A stretch of 64,000 nucleotides of DNA from Octopus vulgaris (GCA_951406725.2 OX597828.1:11780001-11844000); one strand, 5' to 3'. Counted from the first letter of the stretch, positions 12,541 through 26,869 are shown. Numbers and translations: made by a program. Notes: generated by a model not told the origin, from the letters alone.

Positions 12541-14122
12541 GAGACTAGTGTGAAATTATTACTAACAGGTCTATCACCTAAAGTTGGATTTCCTTTTAAT
12601 TTTCTTCAATTACCTTCCTATTTTTCTTACATAATAAAATGCCTTGATAACATACGTATTTTCGTGCACATTCATAAGAAGTGGTTATGAAAGTGATGGT
12701 GTATAGCCAATTACAAGCTAGAACGGAGTCTTATTTTAAATAAGAACGAAGCGATCAATAAACTGAAGTTGGATTTCATTGTAGTATTTTCTTTTATTCT
12801 TTTTTTTTTCTTTATAAAGAAAAAGAGCATCGTACAACAAGATTTTCATCAGTTACAAAGAGAATTAATGAAGGTGAAGGAATATAGCTTAGGAGCGGTT
12901 CTTATATTATATTAACCTGAGAAGAATGAAAGAAGAAAGAAGGCTTCGTGCGTAGGATTTCGATTTGGAAAGAAAAGGGATACAGCTACCTACTGTAGAT
13001 ATTTACAGTTTTATATTTCGTTAAGAGTTCTCCGACCTCGAAAATGCACCCCTTAAAGAAGTGAAAATTTTGAAACAATGATTAACGTAAACAAAAAAGT
13101 CTCAAATTTATCATATAGTTTACAAAAATACCTTGTCAGTGGTGCAATTACATATAGATCCCTTGATCCTTTTTAGCTGTGTTTCTCAACCACGTTTTGC
13201 CTATGGAGCCCTTTGATTTCTATTTTATTCAGAGGGAGATCCCTCATAGCCGTTTGATGTCTAAAAACTCTATATTTTTATGATTAAATATTATTAGGAG
13301 TTTTATGAAAGATTGTTAAAGTATTTCGTATGCTGTAGAAATATAACCATTTTATTGCACATAAATTTTAACAGCAAAATCTGATATGGACCTCGAAGGG
13401 CCATATGGAACTCGGTTGAGAACCACTGATTTATAACCTGCATTTGTTGTTTGTTTTATTTCAGTTACTGGACTACGAGATGGAGAAAAGCTGTCTTAAC
13501 CGGTTTAGTCAAATAACATTGACTCTAGTACTTCTCCTTTTAAGAATGGTAACTATTCTATCCTTTTCTTTTGCCGAATCGCAATGTTGCGGAGGCGGAA
13601 ACAATATTGCTGGAAAAAAAAACTAATATTTCTCAAAACAAAAATTGTAATAGTTTAATGCAGAAGATGAGTGCAGAAGAACTCAGAAATTCTTGAAGTA
13701 CTTATTTTTTTACTTTAATATAAATTACAGTACAGTTGTGTTAGTTTTATTCTGGTAAGCCTTAATCAAGAAAACCTTTAATCAAAGTTGACCATCCCGC
13801 TATTCCCTCAGTTATTGTCTATTTAAAGCACATTATTCAATGCTGCTATTTCAATGCTGCTATTTCTAATATGTCGACGTTCCATCTTTGGCCTGTCAAG
13901 TACAGTTTATATAAGTATGTGATGAGAATTGTTAATGGCTGTGTTGATAGAACGTCAGACTACTGCTGGAAGAACAACAATCCGTATACATTCACGAGTA
14001 TTGCTCCAAAGATAAAGACAAAATTGTTTAAAAGTACCGTATTGGAAGAATGAGAACCCTATTCCCCTCTCTCTCACTATCTCTCTCTCTCACACTACTC
14101 TCTCTCACTATCCCTCTCTCAC

Positions 14123-14164
<42 letters not shown>

Positions 14165-14889
14165 GACGATGAGTCCCTGGTAACTTTCTAGACAAGTTTT
14201 ATAATGGATATGGTGTGAGAAAATACAATGGTTTTTCATTGTCGTTCTTCGAATATACTTTACAAAGCAACATTATATCGGCTTCATGCAGACACTGTCA
14301 CACTTTATCTAGGCACTCAGAAAACAAAAAGCTGAACAAATACCCTAAACTATTTTCTCCAACGCTGTCGAAATCCGTCAACTTACCATCTTGGACTGCT
14401 TTTTAATTTTATCGATCTATGAAACATAAAGTTAACCGCAGCGGAATTCGAATTTAGATGAAATAGATCCGGAAAAATATTGTTAGGCTTGTTGTCTGAT
14501 ACTCTAACGAATTCCTCAAAAAGGACGAGTTTTATCAGAGTAATCTGTCCCTCCATACACTATATTTCAAAGCAATGACAATCCAAACATATGATTTATG
14601 GTCGACCCACCAAAATCAACAATAGCAATTCAACAGATTGTATGACCATTCGTTAAACTTGTAAATTTGTATGGATCAACAGATGAACCACGGCACCGAA
14701 CTTTTTTGTTGCTTTTATATCAAGGGCCAAGTTGTCTGATGTGTCGATCCGTTTATTGAAGATGGCAGACTATGATTTAAAGGAGATTTTGTTGCTATAT
14801 GCAACAGGTCGAGATTCAGTGTAGAGGCTCTCTTGTAGCTTTCCATGATAGTAATATAACCATTAAGTAACTTACATTCCATAAATAAT

Positions 14890-15115
14890 TATTCCTTTAC
14901 TACCCACAAGGGGCTAAACACAGAGGGGACAAACAAGGACAGACAAACGGATTAAGTCGATTACATCGACCCTAGTGCGTAACTGGTACTTAATTTATCG
15001 ATCCCAAAAGGATGAAAGGTAAAGTCGACCCCGGCAGAATTCGAACTCAGAACGTAACAGCAGACGAAATAGCGCATTTCTCCCGGCGTGCTAACGATTC
15101 TGCCAGCTCGCCGCC
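14890..15115 (-). mobile_element. SINE family B monomer
   Basis: Full unit; its 3' flank is duplicated at 29144-29295. Confidence 0.85.
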
Positions 15116-16220
15116 ATAAATGATGTAAGCAAAAATATATTCATCCGCATCAGTTATTTTGATGCCCTTGGGAAGGTCCTGCGACCTTAAATAATTTCAT
15201 TATACTCACCCTGTTATATGATTGTTTCAGTATTTTATTTTTGTTATCAAAAGAAATTTTTAAGAATAACTGATTCAGAATGTGTCACATTCGTATTCTC
15301 CTTTTAAATGTTGAATTCTGCACATGCCTGGTGACCGAGACTCAATAGGTGCCTCTTAATGTCAGTCTATGTAAAATACTTTATTTACATCGAAAGATTC
15401 CGTGATTTAGAACTTTACTTTGCAGCAACATGGTTTTGTATTCATTAAGAAAGCTCTACAGTTTGGGAATTTGATAGATTAAAACTATATAGAACGGTGT
15501 CTGAAAGACTGAATCCGTTCTTGGATGGTAGATTTGATTTGTCACATTGCTTAGACACATCACGGAACTACATGATGAATTTTGAGTCCATTCTTTTGTA
15601 ATTACTAGAACCGAGTTTTCAGACTAACGATAAGATTCTCTCACAAATCGCGGACACACTAAAAAGGAGCCGCGGTGCTAAATTTTCCCTTCTGACTGAA
15701 ACAGTAAAATAGAAAAATAAGCTGAAAACGTCACAAAAATATCAGGCAGGCATTAGCCCCGACTTTTCTCAGTTAACTTTGTCAAACAATGAAAACAGCC
15801 AAAACAACAACACTATCCATAAAAGATTAGGAGAAAATCTGACCTGCATTCTATTTTCAAAGTTCCTGTTATTGAAAACGAGAAGCCGCGCTCTGCTTGT
15901 ATGATACAAGCGTGTCATAAAACAATTTTTGCTAAACATTTCATATTTTCATATCTTCATTATGGTGCATATTGAAGGTCCATTCAACCCGTTGTTTTAT
16001 TTCACATGAACATAAAATCGGCACAGACTATCTTTTGGATCTTAATGCGCACTCAAAGAATGGATATCTCATGTAGATGAAATAAATCGTATCATCTAGT
16101 TATATATACATTACTCTCTCGTTACACACTAACATATATAAAAGTAATTATATATATACATAAACATACACACAGACACAATGCATATGAGTATTTTTGT
16201 TTATGTTTAGATAAACACTA

Positions 16221-16636
16221 GGATCTTTTCGGTTTGCACGGCAGTTTTTTCTAGCGGTGTCATATGAAATTGTCACCCATAATTATGACCCTAGTATCGA
16301 TCTATTGCATTTCAATCTGTTTTAGGGTTAGGGGTGGGGGGAAGGGTATCTTTTTTTCTTCAGAAATGTAAATAAACCCAATCTGTTTCTTAAACGAGGG
16401 ACATATTCATACGGCACAGAATGTTTTCACCTCAATAGACGGTCATTGATTGGTTGGAATTGCAGAAATTGAAGAAAAAAAAACAACAAATATCTTACAA
16501 ACTATAGAATTTTCTCAATAAAGCCAAGAGGAAAAGATGTTTTATAAACACATTCTACCAGTCAGTATACGAAGTTTAAAATTTTTTAGTTACCTAGAAA
16601 TTATGTTAAAAACTGCCGTTCAAACCGAAAAGATCC
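16221..16636. mobile_element. 420-bp MITE with 8-bp TSD AAACACTA
   Basis: About 29-bp TIRs starting GG; TSD at 16213-16220 and 16637-16644. Confidence 0.92.
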
Positions 16637-17340
16637 AAACACTATAAAATAGACTGACAGTTATCTATATTCATATTTAATGGTACATCATATTTACATA
16701 CATACGTTTCAGTATTACATATACATATATGTGTGTATGTGCGTATATGTATATCGAGAGAGAGAGAGAGAGTGACAGTGAGAGAGAGAATGAGAGAGAA
16801 ACGTAAACATATGTTTAGCTATAGATCGTATGTAAAAATTTATATTCTGAATAATAGTAATGCCAATCAAGTAATGCTTTATTGGAGAAATGTCACTTCA
16901 ATGAAATTCGTATTCAGTAAACACATGGATAGATAAGACACCTCTTCTCTGTACCAGCACCTCAAGTAGTAATTGTCTTTAATAAGCTATTCTCCGCAAT
17001 GTTTTCTGTTTAGCTGAAGAAATCTCAGAATAATTTCTATTTCACTTACGTTTCATTTAAAAACTAAATAAAACTGACACCTCTTTTGCGTAATAAGTTT
17101 TTGAATCGCTTACATGTAAGTACAAGCATGTGTCGGCGTCATTAAAGTCGAGCTAATAACCTTACCATTGTTCAATAAAAAGTAATAGTTTTTGTTATAT
17201 TTTCTTTTCCTTTTTTTTTTTGACTACATAGTCAATACAGTGTTTATGAACGTTACTATTCATTTGGGATATAAAAAAAAAACTGAAAATATTTTAAAGA
17301 ATTCGAAATACATTATCATGCCATGCATGAAAATATATTC

Positions 17341-17372
<32 letters not shown>

Positions 17373-17687
17373 TAATTATTTGCCAAATTATTTATTTATT
17401 TATTTATTTATTTGTATTTTTCTTATTTTAAATCTATTATATTTCTCTTTGAAATATTTTCCGTTGTAAAAGTATTTGCACCGAAGAGACAGCAAACAGA
17501 TGGGCGGTCGGATAAAATTCCTCCGAATAATTGGTTCGGTTTTTCGACTAGATGACTTCCAAATTTCAATAACCGTATAAGTAACTATTGTGTATTGACC
17601 GACTCATTACATGACTGGTATTTATTAAATGTATTCCCCAACTCGATAAATGTGTGGCTTGTACCAATGTACAAAACCAATCCAAAA

Positions 17688-18290
17688 AGGTGGAAGCTAG
17701 CAGAATCGTTAGCACGCCGGGCGAAATGCTTAGTGGTATTTCGTCTGCCGTTACGTTCTGAGTTCAAATTCCACCGAGGTCGACTTTGCCTTTCATCCTT
17801 TCGGGGTCGATAAATTAAGTACCTGTTACACACTGGGGTCGATGTAATCGACTTAATCCGTATGTCTGTTCTTGTTTGTCTTCTCTGTGTTTAGTCCTTT
17901 GTGGGTAGTAAAGAAATAGGTATTTCGTCTGCCGTTACGTTCTGAGTTCAAATTCCGCGAGGTCGACTTTGACTTTCATCCTTTCCGGGTCGATAAATTA
18001 AGTACCAGTTGAGAACTGGGGTCGATGTAATACCCTCCCCAAAATTTCAGGCCTTGTGCCTATAGTAGAAAGGATTAGTTTTCCATTTTAAAAAGGCGGG
18101 GAGCTGGCAGAATCATTAGCACGCTGGCCGAAATGCTTACCGATATTTCGTCTGCCACTACATTTTGCGTTCAAATTTCGCCGAGGTCGACTTTACCATT
18201 TATCCTTTCGAGAGCCGATAAATTAAGTACCAGTTGTAACACAGGGATTGATTTAATCGACTATCACCCTCCCCCAAATTTCAAGATTAT
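17688..18290 (+). mobile_element. Cluster of three SINE family B units
   Basis: Repeated B box plus MetaSINE-like domain. Confidence 0.85.
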
Positions 18291-19399
18291 TTTCCATTTT
18301 AAAATCCATGAAGGTTGCAAGTGCCATCGAGTGTACGATATTATCTTGATTCTAAGATCAAATTCTGGCAACGTTTTGTGCTAGGCTGATAAACTAAGGA
18401 CCGGTTTATACTATAGTAGTTTCCATCATTTCTGCTCCCTTCTTCGGTAAAAAATATGTTTTGGTACCGAATCAGAATTTATTAATATTATTACTATCAC
18501 GAAAACTACTAAAAGATAGATAGGTACCCTTAGAACGTCCGCGAAGATGTTATGCGTTATTTGTTCCGCCCTATTACTGATTTTAAATTAATCGAAATCC
18601 GACTTTGTGATTCAACCTTTAAGGATTGATAAAATAAAGTAGCAGTAGCTATCAAATGCTCGTGTTGATAATATTGACTGTTCCACTCCCATCAAGAGAT
18701 TGTGGCTTACACTTTTGTTTAAAAAGAATTATTGTAATAGTTACATATACGTTTTATATAGCACACACGTTAAAACGTTCGTCGAACGACTCCCACTTTA
18801 CCTTCTCCACTTCAAGTTCTAACTTAAAATATGATTGGCATTGCCATTTAAAAACACGGTTGACATTACCATTTATTCTCTCGGGAATCGATAATATAAA
18901 AACCAGTCCTGTATTTAGATTGATTCTATCGACAATATCCTTATCCAAAATGTGCAACCTCTTCTTACATTGATATTTATTATTAGTGTATTTTATGTTG
19001 TTGGTTAAGGTTTTTTTGTTTTTTTCTTTGTTCAATATATCACGGCGTTATATAAAACAGAGACCAATTTTCTTGTTTCTCCTCACCTTTTATTTTATGG
19101 CAAACAAATTTTGAAGTCAGAAAGTATTAGAGTGATCTCGGTGTATCTACCACATAACATCGCTGAAAGTGTAGTATTGAGACAATTGCTGTTATCTTTA
19201 CCTATAAATCTTTATAAAAGAAACGAAATAACTTTCAGAGCCCTATTTTTAAAAGTTCATAATCAACGAACATTTAATTCGTTTTGGGTGGCTTGGTTAA
19301 AAACAAACGGGATTTGTCAGTTTGATGAGTACTGACCTGGGACTAAAAAATCATCTGATATGCGAAAGGTTAGCAACAATTTAATAGTAGTATAAATAA

Positions 19400-20134
19400 A
19401 TAAATGCGCCCTATTAAGGCCTAGCCAGGTTCATGGGCCCGGTTTCCCCGGTTTCCGTGGCGTATGTGTTCCCCTACTGGATAGGACGCCAGTCCATCGC
19501 AGCGTTACTCATTTTTGCCAGCAACGTGAAATGAAGTGTTTTGCTCAAGAACACAACGCGTTGCCCGGGCCAGGAATGGAAACCACAATCTTACGATCAT
19601 GATACTGACACCCTAACCACTAAGCCACTTCACAAATGCGCCCATTTAAAGGCTAGCCAGGCTCATGGGACCGGTTTCCCGGTTTCCGTGGTGTACGTGT
19701 TCCCCAGCTGGATAGGACGCCAGTCCATCGCAGCGTTACTCATTTTTGCCAGCTGAGTAGACTGAAGCAACGTGAAATGAAGTGTTTTGCTCAAGAACAC
19801 AACGCGTCGCCTGGTCCAGGAATCGAAACCACAATCTTACGATCATGATACTGACACCCTAACCACTAAGCCACGCGCCTCCACAAATGCGCCCATTTAA
19901 AGGCTAGCCAGGCTCATGGGACCGGTTTCCCGGTTTCCGTGGTGTACGTGTTCCCCAGCTGGATAGGACGCCAGTCCATTGCAGCGTTACTCATTTGTGC
20001 CAGCTGAGTGAAGTGGAGCAACGTGAAATGAAGTGTTTTGCTCAAGAACACAACGCGTCGCCTGGTCCAGGAATCGAAACCACAATCTTATGATCATGAT
20101 GCTAACACCCTAACCACTAAGCCACGCGCCACCA
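19400..20134 (-). mobile_element. Tandem trimer of tRNA-derived SINE family D
   Basis: Three ~250-bp units (19400-19632, 19633-19884, 19885-20134) with head GGCTTAGTGGTTAGGG...GGTTTCGATTCC; tail GAAACCGG...CCATGAGCC shared with family C. Confidence 0.88.
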
Positions 20135-21007
20135 TAATAGCAGTATAGCAACAATGTAGTATTAAGGACATTGCGATTTATTATTACAGTGGGATAATGA
20201 AGACTAGAGCTATAAGCCTTAAAGTTTATACATTGGAGTATTTTCATGAGAAAAAGAACCGTGAGAAGTTGAACAACAGGCTATCGCTGCTATTTTCTTC
20301 TAGGTCAAACCTAATATAATAGATCGATGGCTGAAAGATATTTCAGTCGTGACCATCCTGTTATATCAGACTACATGTTTCTGATGTTTGTAATGCTTCT
20401 TGTATTTATGAAGACAATAGGACCACATCTGAGAGAGATTTACTTCTGCTTCTAGCCAATCAAACGCCTAGTATGATCCTCCTTCGTCGGATTATAGATA
20501 AGAGTTAAGTCGGTATGTCCTTGAGCTGAAATCCCAATACTGAGATCTACCAACATTATCATTTCAAGATATTCCTTCTCTACTTACATAGTCAAAATCT
20601 AATGAAACAATAATGAACGACACAAGAAAAAATATATAATTTTTCACCTTTAAAAATGTTACACCGATGAAGCTACGTCATATATGAATCAATATCGATT
20701 TACAAGTTTGGTACCAAGTCACAAGTTTGGTGGGAAGAGCTAGTCAATCCAATCGACTGCAGTACTCGACTGGTGCTTTATTTTATCGCTCACAGGAGGA
20801 TGAAATGCAACGAAGGTGATGTAAGATATCTGGGTCTAAGTGAGCTGATAAAGCTATAACTAAGAAAAGAGAAACAACAGCGTGGAGAACGCTAATCAAT
20901 AGGTGTCATTAGTCCTACTCAAAGACCAGCATCCTCTGCGAACCGAAAGAGTTTGAATAGATCACCTCGACCCTGATTCCATTTCCGAGAGTTTTTTACT
21001 GGTTCTA

Positions 21008-21200
21008 AGGTGGCGAGCCGGCAGTTCCATTAGCACACAAAGCAAAATGCTTAACGGCATTTCGTCTTTACGTTCTGAGTTCAAATTCTGCTGGAGTCAA
21101 CTTTGCCTTTCATCCTTTCGGGATCGATAAATTAAGCAGTAGTTGGGCACTGGTGTCCATGGTATCGCCTTAACCCTTCACCCGAAATTTCTGGATTCGT
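21008..21200 (+). mobile_element. SINE family B (diverged)
   Basis: GAGTTCAAATTC...GCCTTTCATCCTTTCGGG. Confidence 0.75.
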
Positions 21201-21844
21201 CCCAACTAGTCATAACCAGTTGTAACGCTGTATTGATTTTTTCAAAGTAAAGATGAGATGGAAAGTAACCAGGACTGTGAGGCTCCAGGTGACAGTAGGA
21301 AGGTGAATAAAACGAAGAAAAGGAACTCAATCCAAATATGCAAAACCAAAATATGTAAAGTGGGGTTCGTCTTTATCCCACATCGAATTGAAGTTCACAG
21401 TTCATTGCCACAAAACCGAGAGCATAAGGCTGTTAAAAAGTCAACAAAGATGAAGAGAAAAGCATTGAAATTACTGAAGAGTATATGAACTCTGATTTTG
21501 TGTAACACTTGCTTGATTTATTGTTAGTAAAAACCACACGGCCCATCTATAAACCATTTACTACGCAATTTCGTTTAGGCTGTGACAGACTTCTTGCGCA
21601 ATCGATACCGAAAATACTCATAGGTATTGTTAGTTAAGGAGGACAGGAAGCAGATGTCATTGGGTGCTCTGGCTCAACGGAACCACCTATGTGTGGGCAG
21701 TTTGCCTAAAACTGTTTACCGTGTGATTTTTAATTAAATTATATGTTGTGTTTTATATAATTATATCAATATTCTGCAATTTTATAAATATTAATAAATT
21801 CATTACATAACATTATTAACTGTTTTTTCTTAAAACACACACAC

Positions 21845-21949
<105 letters not shown>

Positions 21950-21967
21950 CATAGATATATATTATTG

Positions 21968-22006
<39 letters not shown>

Positions 22007-22605
22007 GAGATAGAGAGATATACAACGGGCTACCGAAAAGTTTCCCATTACCAATTTCATTCACAAACCATTGGTTGGTCCCATGCCCAAGATGTTGCCC
22101 AGCTTTTCAATTTTTTTGAGGTGGTAGGGTGTGATAAGAAAAGTTTTGATATCAATATGGAATGAGAAACATAAAATATAAAGAATGTATATTAAAAAGA
22201 TTATAACGACAACAAATTGAAAATTATTTTTAGCGTGTCCTGAATAATTTATTCAAATTATAGTATCAAACAAGTCTTTGACAATTAATTGTTCAACTGA
22301 ACCATATTCTGTTCTATTTACTGGTTATCATCACCCGTAACTAACTTCGATGTTATTTATAGGTTCTGTTCTATTGCACCGGTTGTAAAAATGGAGATTA
22401 TGCAGCCTTGCCAGATTATAAACCATATGTATTGTTAATGTATTTTCTCTGGATATATAATTTGATCTGTGTCCTTATTTTTACGTGTTGCTTATGTAAG
22501 GCAATCATTTAAGAAGTAACATACTTCACAGTTTTCCCTCAAAGTTTATGTTTTTGTATTTAGTCCTTGATTTTTATATGCGTATATCATCAGTTTTTAT
22601 ATGTA

Positions 22606-22649
<44 letters not shown>

Positions 22650-22689
22650 TATACATATATATTTTACATATTGTGTAAAGCAACAGAAA

Positions 22690-23225
22690 GAGTACAGTGA
22701 AAATGCATTGATGAGTGGAAGTTTCAACGTTTCCGACAGAGTTCTCCTTCAGGGTAAAGTTGATGTGAAGGAAATAAAAGAAAGTCGACCGAGAGTTGTA
22801 TCATCTATGTCTGAGAAATTGGCTGCAACTGATGAGGAACACAAGACAACCTGAGCTCCACAGGTGGACAGAGTTGTAAGGGAGAAAAAGAGGATGAGAG
22901 GCGGGGGTCAAGGGAAGAAAATTTAAAAGTGGGGTACAACAGCAGGCAAACGTGAACAGGGGGAAAAGAGTGTTGGTATCATTCTCTCTCTCTCTCGTTT
23001 TCACTCTTTCACTCTTTCACTCACTTTCCTTTCCTTACTTCCCCTTGTTTACATTCGAAGTTCATATTGTCATGCAATCCTCATCAGTTGCAAATGTAAG
23101 ATTATTTTCCTTAATTTATTTGTGTCTTGTCAACCTTACCCTGAAGAAGGACCCTATCGAGAACGTCTGATATTCCTCTCCCCTCGACAACTTCGAATTA
23201 GTCTTTCCATTGCATTTTCCATATA
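22690..23225. repeat. Old degenerate inverted repeat between (TA)n tracts (PLE-like remnant)
   Basis: Matching inverted blocks 22747-22763/23130-23146 and 22824-22838/23078-23092, plus AAAATGCA blocks at the ends; decayed CTGAAGA...GAAACGT. Confidence 0.5.
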
Positions 23226-23278
23226 ATACAAGTCTTGCCGATGCAAGCCATCACAGGCCTCCTTTTATCCTTTTTATT

Positions 23279-23384
<106 letters not shown>

Positions 23385-23580
23385 TATTAGTGATTATGTA
23401 CGTGTTTGTATTTGTGGGTGCTTGTGATGTAAAAATCTCTAGCTGAGAATTCATAATTTCAGTCCATTAAAATGTTATGTAGTACGATGTGGCGCCTTTG
23501 CAGATATACACATGTAGACAGCATGCTAGCTCGCAGGCGTGTTAGCACTCACACCCGTAAGCGTACGTTTTCTATGGCCT

Positions 23581-23768
23581 TCAGATGAACTTATGATGTA
23601 AAACCCAGCAGGGTACTGTGGAAATAATCATATTATTTCTGAAATTTAAGATTGCGTGTTCAACAAACCTCTGTTTGGGAGGTTTTGTAAAAGTCAACTT
23701 TCCGACCGTTTGTCCCTTGGCGTTTTTCTTTGTGTGTCTCAGTTTTGCTTTCAGGTGCATAAACTTTC
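23581..23768 (-). CDS. ITIH: ITIH-like last coding exon (GKFMHLKAKL...VPCWVLHHKFI*)
   Basis: tcttttcag acceptor, phase 1 matching the preceding exon, open frame to TGA at 23581-23583; CW motif typical of the ITIH C-terminus. Confidence 0.85.
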
Positions 23769-23976
23769 CTGAAAAGATAAGTTAGAAGAAAGAATAGCTG
23801 TTAATAACAATTCACAATGTTAGAAAAGTTGTTTTCAATAATATGCATTACAAAGGATGGATTTTGTAGTCACAAAAGTTGATTTATATACAGAGCCTCA
23901 AAAGTTGTTTATAAAAGAGCTATGAGTACTGCCTTTACATTTAACTAAAGAAAAAGCCCTGTTTGTATGTGCGTGT

Positions 23977-24019
<43 letters not shown>

Positions 24020-24114
24020 TGTCTGTGTGTGTGTGTGAGTGTGTAAGATCTAGGTAGGTTTGAAAATGATCTCATGAGATTTTAAAAATATTTATACATG
24101 TATATGAGATATTG

Positions 24115-24320
24115 TTTTCAAATTTTGGCAGAAGGCCAGCAATTTCGTGGGAGAAGGTAAGTCGGTTACATTGACCCCAACGTTCAACTGGTATATATTT
24201 TATCGAACTTCTGAAGGATGAAAGGACCCCGATGGCATATAAACACAGAACGTAAAGACGGACGAAATGCCACTAAGAGTTTTGCTTGGCGCACTGACGA
24301 TTCTGCCAGCCCACCGCCTT
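24115..24320 (-). mobile_element. SINE family B (diverged)
   Basis: Homology to the family B head. Confidence 0.7.
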
Positions 24321-24461
24321 AAATATATATGAGATATCAAGAGAGAGAGAGGGGGATGAGAGGGGGAAAGATGAGGGAGCAAGGGAGAGGGAGATGAGGG
24401 AAGGAGGGAGAAACAGAGACATATATAGAGATTCAATATTGCAAATTTTGTTGCCACATAC

Positions 24462-24818
24462 CAATATAGCCGGTGACACTCTTTGAGAATCCTTTTCCAA
24501 TGACCACGTGGAAGTTCAGATAATCAACTTTCGTTGGTCGTTTTCCAGCCAAAGAGCGTTTGATAAGAAACTGTTGGTACTGCGAGATTTTTATCATGAG
24601 ACTGTGTCCTCTTCCGTTGATTTCGAGATTTGAGTTACTTGAAAGTATTCGTGTCTCGTTGGTCCACAAATACTTCTGTCCGTTAAAGAAAATGTATTGA
24701 GGTGTAACGATCACATTGGTGAAGCGTGATTGAATGAATATTGTTCCCATAAAGGTTTTGAGTTCACCAGTTTTGTAATGATCTTTGCTTGCTATCATTG
24801 CTGCTGTAACTTCAAGAG
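24462..24818 (-). CDS. ITIH: ITIH-like exon, ITI_HC_C region (ALEVTAAMIASK...KTFMGTIFI...DYLNFHVVIGKGFSKSVTGYIG)
   Basis: ttgcacag acceptor, gtatgt donor, phase 1-1; matches the ITIH C-terminal pattern D.L.F.....GFS..V.G..G. Confidence 0.92.
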
Positions 24819-24849
24819 CTGTGCAAAAGAAAAAAAGAGAACATATATG

Positions 24850-24894
<45 letters not shown>

Positions 24895-24898
<4 letters not shown>

Positions 24899-25456
24899 GT
24901 TGTCCGGAAAGTTCGTGTTTACATTCCGACATATTTTAGAACATGGTTGAGTCCATAAAATAGGATTTGACTACACATCCATTTAGACTACAGTTTGAGC
25001 TATCTTTTCGTGGAAGAAGGTTTATGTTCCTATAACCTGTGTTAAATCTGTAACTAACCCTTTAAAACGGAAGATATGAAAGTTCATTTACGGCACTTGA
25101 TGATTTTCTTTTTCCGTAAAGGGAAAAATGCCTCACAAGCAACCAAAGAAATATGCGCAGTTTAGGTGATGTTTCTTTATCCGAAAGAACTGTACGGAAG
25201 TGGTGCACAAGGTTCCGAGCTGGAGATTTTAGCCTTATTGATAAAGAGCGATCAGGCAGCCCATCTACTACAGATGATGACCAAATCAAGTCATTAATTG
25301 AGGATTACCCCCATTGCACAACCCGAGAATTGACAGAAAGTCTCAACGTATCAAAATCCGTTGTTCATAAGCACCTGGTAAACTTTGGGTAATGGCAAGT
25401 ATTTATTGGCTTATTTCTTTCCTTTAAAAATCGGCACGAACTTTCCGGACAACCCA

Positions 25457-25459
<3 letters not shown>
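24895..25459 (+). mobile_element. Internally deleted mariner (same family as 6123-6881) inserted in (TA)n
   Basis: TIRs TGGGTTGTCCGGAAAGTTCGTG / GCACGAACTTTCCGGACAACCCAA; N-terminal HTH remnant ERTVRKWCTRFRAGDFSL. Confidence 0.9.
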
Positions 25460-25515
<56 letters not shown>

Positions 25516-25556
25516 TCTATATATATTCATATATATATACATATATATATATATTC

Positions 25557-25691
<135 letters not shown>

Positions 25692-26627
25692 TCTATATAT
25701 ATTCATATATATATATACATCTATATATATTCATATATATTAGGAATCAGTTTCTAAGACACCATTATGTATCATCATATACACCGGAATACCAAAGAAA
25801 TTAATCATAGTATGCATTGGCTGAAAATATTTAGTATTTTCCACCAATAGCAATTACTTTTGTTGCGTCGGAGAAATGTTTCCCAAAACTAATAGTTGGT
25901 GTGCGAAAAAAATCTTACATTTTGGCATATATTTTTCCGGTGAGAAAAATTATTAATTATACATTATTTTAGGCAGATAATCTTTCGTGCACACATTAAT
26001 TTTTTATGCATTTAATATTTTGTCTTTCGTTCAGGTGCTACAAAATGAGTGCGTGCATTCGTCCCACTTATAGGGAATATTATTGGTGAGTATTGATGTT
26101 TAAGTAAAGAATTTTTTCCAATGTAAATATATAGATATTTAGGGTAGCACAGAATACACATTCGCAAGATATAGCCTCATATATATATTACTAACATAGT
26201 GATAAGGAGGCCACATACTCATTTACAGTAAAGTAGTTGTTGATACATTTTATGTATCAGGTCATTCCTATTTGAAGAGCAGCTATGGGCTAACTATGCC
26301 TAACCAGTAAAATACTTCAACCACACACTATTACGGACCTTCCTCGAAGCTTATTTGTGATCCATAATGGAATATTGTTCCACCACTGGAGCGGCCCTGC
26401 TATATGTTATTACACAAGCAAATATCCTAAACTCCAACTCAAAGTAGAATCACACACTCACTTTATCATGAAGTAACCCACAAGCAATGCTGTGGTTACA
26501 ATCAGCTGCGCTCCCACCACCAGCACCAACGCCAGTCCTAACATACACAAAGTTCTCTATGCGTCTCTGTTAAGCATCGCCATTATTTTGATTTATATAA
26601 TTGCAAAATGTCAAGAATATTCCTTAC

Positions 26628-26741
26628 CTCGTGAGGGATCTGAAATTAAAGTCAGTTTTTCGCCTTCGTTTGCAGGGACGTCAAAGCACACGGGATAAGT
26701 CAGGTTTTTCACGTACACGAGGAAGTGTGGATCACCAGATG
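26628..26741 (-). CDS. ITIH: ITIH-like exon with autocleavage motif (ASGDPHFLVYVKNLTYPVCFDV...LISDPSR)
   Basis: atgtag acceptor, gtaagg donor, phase 1-1; DPHF...CF...L..DP is the ITIH signature. Confidence 0.95.
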
Positions 26742-26797
26742 CTACATAACAACAACAGTAATAATAATAATAATGATAATAATAATAATAATAATAA

Positions 26798-26828
<31 letters not shown>

Positions 26829-26869
26829 AAGAAGAAAAAGGAGGAGGAGGAGGGGAGGAGGTGAAGAAG

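Noticed and set aside
15150-19050. Possible second gene (donor-like sites near 15205 and 17165; ORF 18754-19035)
   Set aside because: No recognisable protein motifs and no consistent exon chain.
19400-20134. CRISPR-like or tRNA gene array
   Set aside because: The units are ~250-bp SINE copies without unique spacers or a complete tRNA cloverleaf; the context is eukaryotic.
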